The notes beneath the pieces were generated by a model. The model was not told the DNA's origin. It ran no database searches and saw only the letters and a list, made by a program, of their open reading frames with translations. A DNA stretch of 64,000 nt from Acanthaster planci. Its lineage: Eukaryota. Positions 52,101-61,100 of this stretch are shown one piece after another. The number at the start of each line of letters is the position of its first letter. The first letter of the stretch is position 1. The position numbers and the translations under genes were made by a program. The stretch is taken from contig NW_019091356.1 of the NCBI RefSeq assembly GCF_001949145.1, positions 3,826,934 through 3,890,933 of the forward strand. The letters run 5' to 3'.

Positions 52101-55100
52101 AAAGGTCGTGTGGGGCAAAGGTCATAGTTTGCTTGTTGGTCTGAGTTTTACATCATCAAAATTAGGCCGCATGAGAAATACAGGCTACAGGTTCTTATAG
52201 GTAGTGATGGCCTTTTTAAAGAGTTATGAACACCATGTTAGTTGGAATTAAAGGAAACTTCAATTTTACTCAATGGTGTTTCTGGTATTGGTAGTATCAG
52301 AAAGTTTCACATTTACTTGTTTGGCAGAAATGAGACAGAACCTGGAGAAGGTTCATCAACAGGAGTTACAGGACATCCACGCTAAGATGCAGGCAGAGCA
52401 TGCACAGCTGGCCAAAATGAGGGAAGATTTGGAGGAGCAGCGTAGCCATCTGGACTCTGTTACCTCCCTCAAGAATGAACTCTCACTCCTGCAGACAGCT
52501 CATGACCAGCTAAAGGAGAGTTACAAGGCACTGGAGGCCAGGCTAGGGGAAGGAGGGCTTGGAGACTTGAGTCTGGATGAGAGAGAGAAGGCGCTGGGAG
52601 AGGAAGCTGTTGAAGCCTACAAGAATGAGATTAGGAAACTCCAAGATGAGTTAACAATGGCCAGGGCTAGGTTCCAAGATGAGCACAGTCTGGAGCTGGA
52701 GAAGCTGCGGACATACTTTGAGGAGCGGGTTGTGGAAAATGAGAAGCGTTGGGCCCAGGAGATGGCAGATCTGAAAGAACAGTACGAAGAAGAACGTGAG
52801 CGCAGCTTGAAAGAGGATGAAGGAGAGGATGGCAGACCAAAACAACGGAGCTATGCACAGACTATGATGATGATGACGCACCTGTCAGATGTTGAGAGCT
52901 CTCCGCCCCAATCTCCGGAGCGCTTCGCGGAGATTGAGGCAGAGGTCAAGCAGCAGCTGAGGAGCGAGCTGAGGAGCATCCTGGAGGAGGAGTATCAAGC
53001 CAGGATGGATAACATGAAGGAGGAGCTGCAACACGAGCACCAGATGGAACTGGAGCGGAGGAATCTCCAGTCAGAGCTGAAGCTGGAGGCTGAGTTGAAT
53101 GCTGCCAGGGATGCTGTGTTCATGAAACATGCCTTGGAGCTTGAGAACCTCAAGCAAGGTCACCTGGAGGAGTTGGAAGCACTTCGACAGGAGCTCTCCG
53201 AGGAGAACACCAAGGCCACCACAAAGCTCCGGCTGGAGTGTGCTGTCGAGACGGCACGGCAGGTGGAAGAAGAATCACAGCGGATCAAGGAGGAGCTGAA
53301 GTTCACCCATGAGGAGGAGCTGTCGCAGTTGAAGGATGACCTGGAGCACAAGCATGCCATTGAGATGGATTCTGTTCAGAGTGAGCTGGAACTGCAGAAG
53401 GACATTGAGGGGAAACGGGCCAAGGCAGAGGCCAAGGAAGAATTTGACGGTCAGTTCAGGACTATGCAGGCTGACCTAGAGCAGCAGGCGCAAGAAAAGA
53501 TAACTGATGAGGTTGCCCGCATCCTGGCCGAAGTCTCCATGGAGAAAGCTCAGGAGATGGAAGTGATGCAGGTGGCCCTTGATCAGCAGAAGGAGCAAAT
53601 CCAAGAATTGGACAAAAGAAAGAATGACCTTCAAGAACAGCTAGACAGTCGGTTGAGGGAAGAAGACAACCTTGGAGAAAAGTATGCCAACGAGATTGCC
53701 AACTTAAGACAGCAGCTGGCGGATACAGAAGACACTCTCCAAGCTCTCCAGGAGGGAATTGAGAGTGGGGAAGCACCAGAGGTTCAGGCCTTGAAGGAGA
53801 ACCTGGTACGGCAGTATGACAACCAGCTTGAGATGATCAAGGCAACGATGACTGAGGAGATCGAGTCTCTCACCAAAACCACCCAGCTTCAGTCTGCCAA
53901 GGAGCTGGAGGAGATGCAGGTCAACTTCATGAAGGAGCACCAGGCCTTGCTAGATAAGTTTGTGGAGAGCCAGGATGCCGACATACTGGCCCTCAAACAG
54001 CAGCATGATAAAGAACTTCAGGAACAGCATGAACGCTTGCAGAACAACTTTGAGCAGGAGTTGATCGATGCCCAAGAAGCTCTGCAAGAGGAACAAGCAA
54101 AGGAGCTGGAGGAGCTGCGAAAAACACTTGATGAGGAACATGCCAAAGAGATCAGTGACTTAAAATCACAGCACTTTGAGGAGCTGGAAGCCCTCAAAAT
54201 TGAACTTGCAGAAACTTTAAATGATGAAAAAGCAAAGTTGGAGGAGAAGATGGAGAAGGAGCGAGCTCACATCTTGAATGCTGAGCAGCTCCTTGAAACT
54301 ATCAAAGCCAAGCATGAGGAAGAGAAGGCGCAGGTCAAGGAAGACCTCGTCTCTGACCACATGGCTAAGTTCCGGCAGGTCACGGACGAGCTTGAGTCCG
54401 AGCACCGCCAGGAGTTGGAGTCCATGAAGGAGATGCTCCGGACCTCCATTGAAAACGAGTTCAGGGAGAAGATTCGCAGCTTGGAGGAGGAAATCCAAGG
54501 CCAGCAGGCAGGAACAGAGGCAGTGAGGGAAAAGCATGAGACGGAACTGATGGAGCTGAAGCAGAACCACGAAGAGCAGTTGGCTAAGCTACGAACAAAC
54601 CACGAAGACCAGCTGGAGGCCATAGCCACGGATTCTGAACGTGAGATTGAAGCTGCCAAGTCAGAGCTGGAGGAGGCCCATCGGAAGGAGGTGCTCCGTC
54701 TCCAGAGTGAGCTTGGGGATGAGAAGCAGGCAGCTGTCCTCACTCTCAAAGAAGTCCATGAGAGCGAGATCGGGAGGCTTCAGGAGGAGCATCGGCAGGA
54801 GATGGAAGCCTTGAAGGAGGAGCAGGAGGGAAGAGTCAAGGAGGCAGTGGAGGAACTGATGAAGAAGCACCAGGAGGAGATTGAGAAGGCTCTTGAGGAA
54901 CTGCAAGAGCAGTTGATGCATCAAGCTGAGCAGGAAAAAGGTCAGTCTGTCAACTCACTTTATAGCGTAGTGTACCATGCTACAAAGCATGCAGACATTA
55001 GATAAGTGTACAGAATTAACATGATACATTGTATCTGTGGAAATGTTTGTGGGTAATTCTTCAGATTTTGGGTTCAATTTTTCCTGTCCCTGTTACACCT

Positions 55101-58100
55101 AACAAGTGATATTGTTTAGAACTAAAACGCATTCATGCATTTCCCAAGAGTGATTTGCAAATTACCAGTAAAACAAATAAAAGGAGTTTGAAAGCAGTTT
55201 AAGTAATTGGCTTATCCCCTGTCCAATTACCCACCGAGTGTTACAAGGACAGAAAATAAATGGCACACGTTGGACCCCAAGTTTATAGAAAAGTGCAAAG
55301 AGGAAAGGTCTGAAATTGTTTTTAATTTCCAGCCATGCAAGTTCCCTTTTCTTAATTTTCAAAACCACTCTCAATTTAAGAAGAAATTTATTTCAAGATT
55401 TGACTGTTTCCTCTTCAAGCAAGCTCTTGTGTACATATGCAAAAATTACGGCATGCAAGGATTTATGAATTTACTGAGTTTACAGTAGTTGGAGTTGTGA
55501 TTACCCCCTCTATTGTCCAAACCTGACCTATCCTCTCAAATCATGGCCTTCACCTGAACACAGTGGGAGGAGCTGATCCATGACTCGTCAACAAACCCCC
55601 CTTTGTTGTTTCAGGTGAGCTGGATCAGATAATGAAAGAGAAAGAAGAACAACAGAGGGAGGAGGTAGGAAAGCTTCAAGAGCTCTCAAATCAGGTAAAA
55701 ATGTGCCACAAAAGGGATTGGCTACTGTTATGTTTCAGCGTGCATGTGTGTGAATCCGTGAGAACGCCAAATTCTGCTACATTACGGGTGGATACACTTC
55801 GAATGAGAGCTGTCAACTTTTTTTCCGTCAACTTTCTGTGAATGGTTGTTTGCATTAAAAACCTCTCCTTATCATGGATTCTAAACGGATGCGTTATATT
55901 TTGCTGGTAAGCTTCTTTTTTTTTTAAATGGTTCTGAAGCTTTCATTTGTGCAATTTTTTCAATCAGGAAACACTTGTCGTAATTCATGTGCACTAACAG
56001 GTTACAAAAAATTGTGTCAAGTCCTAGAGGGGGTTTTTGAACTTCCAGTCAAGGTTACTACAGAAAAAATGTGTAATTGAAAGATGGTAATTTCCCGATG
56101 AGAACTGCAGTAGACTTCAGACCGTACAGTGTCGGTCGTCAAAAATTCTCCAGATAATGCTGGGAGTTTATATTGAAAAACAAAAAATTCAGAGTAGGTG
56201 CCAGATGTCAAAAACTTGAACGTCCTTGTTGATATTATGCGGAAACACAATATAGAAATGATTTTCCTGTTTGACTCGTTTCTTGAAAATTTGGCTCAAC
56301 ATTTGATTCCTTACACTCATGGGTTGATTTGTATTATAAGCTTTGTTGGCATTTATTTTTCAAGTGGATAGTTTATTTATTTGATTATTTGAAGAAACAA
56401 ACTTCACTTTTTTGAAGTCAAGAACCGTAATGTCAATTTTTCTAAAAGGGGTNNNNNNNNNNNNNNNNNNNNNNNNNNNNNNNNNNNNNNNNNNNNNNNN
56501 NNNNNNNNNNNNNNNNNNNNNNNNNNNNNNNNNNNNNNNNNNNNNNNNNNNNNNNNNNNNNNNNNNNNNNNNNNNNNNNNNNNNNNNNNNNNNNNNNNNN
56601 NNNNNNNNNNNNNNNNNNNNNNNNNNNNNNNNNNNNNNNNNNNNNNNNNNNNNNNNNNNNNNNNNNNNNNNNNNNNNNNNNNNNNNNNNNNNNNNNNNNN
56701 NNNNNNNNNNNNNNNNNNNNNNNNNNNNNNNNNNNNNNNNNNNNNNNNNNNNNNNNNNNNNNNNNNNNNNNNNNNNNNNNNNNNNNNNNNNNNNNNNNNN
56801 NNNNNNNNNNNNNNNNNNNNNNNNNNNNNNNNNNNNNNNNNNNNNNNNNNNNNNNNNNNNNNNNNNNNNNNNNNNNNNNNNNNNNNNNNNNNNNNNNNNN
56901 NNNNNNNNNNNNNNNNNNNNNNNNNNNNNNNNNNNNNNNNNNNNNNNNNNNNNNNNNNNNNNNNNNNNNNNNNNNNNNNNNNNNNNNNNNNNNNNNNNNN
57001 NNNNNNNNNNNNNNNNNNNNNNNNNNNNNNNNNNNNNNNNNNNNNNNNNNNNNNNNNNNNNNNNNNNNNNNNNNNNNNNNNNNNNNNNNNNNNNNNNNNN
57101 NNNNNNNNNNNNNNNNNNNNNNNNNNNNNNNNNNNNNNNNNNNNNNNNNNNNNNNNNNNNNNNNNNNNNNNNNNNNNNNNNNNNNNNNNNNNNNNNNNNN
57201 NNNNNNNNNNNNNNNNNNNNNNNNNNNNNNNNNNNNNNNNNNNNNNNNNNNNNNNNNNNNNNNNNNNNNNNNNNNNNNNNNNNNNNNNNNNNNNNNNNNN
57301 NNNNNNNNNNNNNNNNNNNNNNNNNNNNNNNNNNNNNNNNNNNNNNNNNNNNNNNNNNNNNNNNNNNNNNNNNCTGTAGTACGTCTAATTTGATCGAAGT
57401 GACAATTTTCAGCATTGGTGTTTAAGAGTGAAACCTACAGTGAAAGTGTTGCTGTTCGCTGTTGCCTTCTGAACAAACATCAGTTTCATTCAGTCTGTGC
57501 AGATGCCAACACTTCCTTCATGTGCTGAAAATTCCCCACTTCCTGAAAAAGCGTCCCTCCAGGGACTTACCATTTTCACCGAGGGCGGGTTCTCGAACGG
57601 GTGAACTTTTTAACCCTGGGACTGACTTCAATTTTCCCCGCCGAAATGCCACAGCCAGAGAAAAGTGTTGGCCCTCGCATCGGTTTTATGAATGGAACTA
57701 GCTGGTGTTTGTGATCAAGGAAATCAATAATTGTTTCTCATGTTGGGTTGTCACCTCTTGGAAAATGGTACGGTCGACTTCCTGTGTGTCGGGCACACTG
57801 TAGGTTGGGACATCCTCTCTGTAATAGACATCAAATGTGTTTGTCCCATCCATAACATTTGCGCTAGTAGTGCCTCAGCTGCAGAAATATCCAGATTACA
57901 TATTGTTTCGATTTTATTCGGAAATTGTAGAGAAGATGGTGAATCTGATTGATGAGTAGTTGAACTTGGTGACTTGCTCTTCTAAGATCTACTTGTAGGT
58001 CTTGTTTTGGTAGAAGTTCTTTATTTGTTGTCAAAATGGCTGCTGCCTTTACATGCATACTCTAATAGTATTTGAGACATCAACTATCAAGTTCTACTGG

Positions 58101-61100
58101 TCAAGGTAAGTTTAGTTCCCCAAATGATTATTAATAATTATTGTGTATTGTTGAATTGGCTATTAGTCTAAAGCTTGATTGTTTTCTAATCAACCGTGGT
58201 TACAGCATATTTCGGCAGTAAAGGATTTCAGGAGTTTGCAATAGCACATGTCTTGGTTTGTGAAAGAACATTTCAACTTTTCAAAATTTTTGTAGCTGAA
58301 GAATTTCTCCTTTTGTGAGAGGGAGCATTCTAGCCGGAACATTGTGGCTGTTTGCTTCACAGGCATTATCAGAAGCGGTTGCTCTGGGGACAGTTATTTA
58401 TAATGGCCGTTTCATTTCTCTCCCACCCATGTTGCTACAGTTACAGCAAGAGAACATGGCACTGCTGCAGCAGATTGCGCAGTTTGACACGGTGATCAGC
58501 CGGCGGGAACGTGAAAACGAGGAAGGTGGGAATTTGCTGAGCATGATGCAAGCCGATGTGGAGCGACTGAACAACGAACGGTAAGTCAGAATGGCAGGCC
58601 TGGGTGTTGGCACTGTTGAGATGACTTGTCCTGATATTTCACAGCATTTTGAAAACGACTCTGGCCGGGACGGTCTTTGTTCTTGAGAAAATACATTTCC
58701 AATTGTAGGTTTTTCTGTCAGGTGTCTGACTGCAAAGCTGAAAATCATTTTTTAGACAACATACTTGGACGGCAATATGTGTCATGCTGATTAATTTTTT
58801 TATTCAAGTAAAAAGGAATAATCAGGATTTTGTTTTTAGGTAAATAAAATAATTGGAGCCACTTTCTGCTTCAGTATGGCCAATTTTTTTAGTGATGCCC
58901 ACAGAAGCAAATTGAAGACGTAAATTTTATGGTTCAATTTCATGTCACTGAATATAAAGCCATGTACTTGCGCTTTCATGTACACGGCCAGTCTGTCGTA
59001 CATTCAGTATTGATGTTGAGGTGATTATTGAGCGCTCCCACTTNNNNNNNNNNNNNNNNNNNNNNNNNNNNNNNNNNNNNNNNNNNNNNNNNNNNNNNNN
59101 NNNNNNNNNNNNNNNNNNNNNNNNNNNNNNNNNNNNNNNNNNNNNNNNNNNNNNNNNNNNNNNNNNNNNNNNNNNNNNNNNNNNNNNNNNNNNNNNNNNN
59201 NNNNNNNNNNNNNNNNNNNNNNNNNNNNNNNNNNNNNNNNNNNNNNNNNNNNNNNNNNNNNNNNNNNNNNNNNNNNNNNNNNNNNNNNNNNNNNNNNNNN
59301 NNNNNNNNNATGTCTGACTGGAATTAAAGGTCAAAGGTTAAAGTTCAGATAGAGTGATCACTATTGCATGGCTGGTTGTGGAGAAATGCACCTGCTGAGG
59401 GTCTTCTAATGATTCTGTATTCTGAAGAGACAATTGATTGTTCACCCACACTTATTTCCCCACCCAACCCCTTAGCCTCTATTTGACTGAGATACCAAGA
59501 AGATTAATTTCCTAGGCAAGTCAACAGGATATGGGTAACAATCAATACAAGAAGTGCTGCATGTTTTGCCAGGTTTGTGCAAAATTACATTGAAATCGGA
59601 GAGCTTAGCCCTGCTAGGGTTAAAGCAAATTTTGTTTTGGCTTAGCACATTCTTGTCCTTTGAAGTTCAGTGAAAGTGGTCCATGGTTGCTAGAATGTAT
59701 TCCTAGAGGGTCAGGACTCTTCAGCCTAGCCACTACATCTACATGTATTACTGTGTGTTGTGTCTCATTTTAAGTACAAAAAATAGGCTGCGTTATTCTC
59801 GTGATTTCAGGAAACATTGCAGGAAGAATACAAGTTTATATATCCCTGAAAGAAACCTCAGAGATATTTTTAGATGCTAATCTTGTTGGGGGGGGGCAAT
59901 GCATTGTTCCCAGGGCCTCTGTGCAAGAAGCTAATAATCACCTGCTCTTGGTGCTCACCACGGCGGTCCGAGCTACCATGGCGACAGAGGAAACCATCAA
60001 CAGGCAGATGGCCAAGCTGGCGGCTGCTACCACTCGGTCAGCGGGGGAAGGCAGATCGGACAGCAGGGAGGGGGAAGGGAGAACAGAGGCTGAAGGGGAG
60101 GCGGCGGAGGGCGGGGCCAGCCCGCAACAAGGGGGAGGTAAGGGTCAATAAAGGGTATTCCGAGTGGTTGTCATATTCTTTGCTGTGGTTTTTGTTTTCG
60201 CATCTTAGAAGGGTTTGGAATGATTTTGGGAATTACATGTACACTGCCCTTGCATTGTGGTTAGGTGCTGGATTGTTTTTCGATATGAACCACTGCTTTA
60301 AATGTTAAATTCAAATTCAGTGTCCAATTTTAAAAATTATTTTCCTGAGGTTTCAATACTACTGCTTCAGTTGAATGGACGTTTAGAAGTTTTTCTGTGA
60401 TAATGTGGAATAAGTGCTTAGCCTAACCATTTGGTACCGTAATGTCTTTCAAGTTCCAGGTGTAGGTTACAGAGAAAAGCCAAGTTTTTACAGCCTCTTT
60501 TAATGACAGAATTCCATCCCTTTATTGGTTGGTATTTTAAGAAGTCCACATATCGAATAGTATCTTTCTGTCCAAACAGCCGAGCCCGCTGCCAGGGATC
60601 AGCAACCCCACGACGAACCCCCTGACGCTCTGCACGACACCAGTGTGGCATCGTTTTTCAGTGATGAGGGCTTGGAGCTGTCCCAGCAGCTCATGGAGAG
60701 CATGTTCAACGGGCCAGATCTGGACGCGGAGGGGGAGGAGCTTGTGACTGGTAAGTGGGAGGCAGATTTGTCAACTGTTTTGTAGATTTTGATTTGGATC
60801 TCACATGAGATGGCTTCTAGGTGCAAAAAATAGCAGTTCTGTAGAGTGTCTTGCCCATGGACACAATGTCAGATTCCACAATTTGAAGATCTATCTACAA
60901 GATTCTGAATCCTGCATGCTATACCACAAGGCTTCCGCTCTCCACCATGGCTTAATTTTTTTCTCAGAAGTTTCTCACTCACAGAAATTCAGTCACAACT
61001 AGCAAAAGAGATCTTAACAGACCCACAACTTGACCCTGCAGGTGCCAACACCCGTCTTCAGAACTCTGTAGAGCGGCTCTTGGAGATGGTCTCGGCCACG

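Noticed and set aside
56360..59334. Long ORFs made of X residues
   Set aside because: Artefacts of assembly N-gaps.
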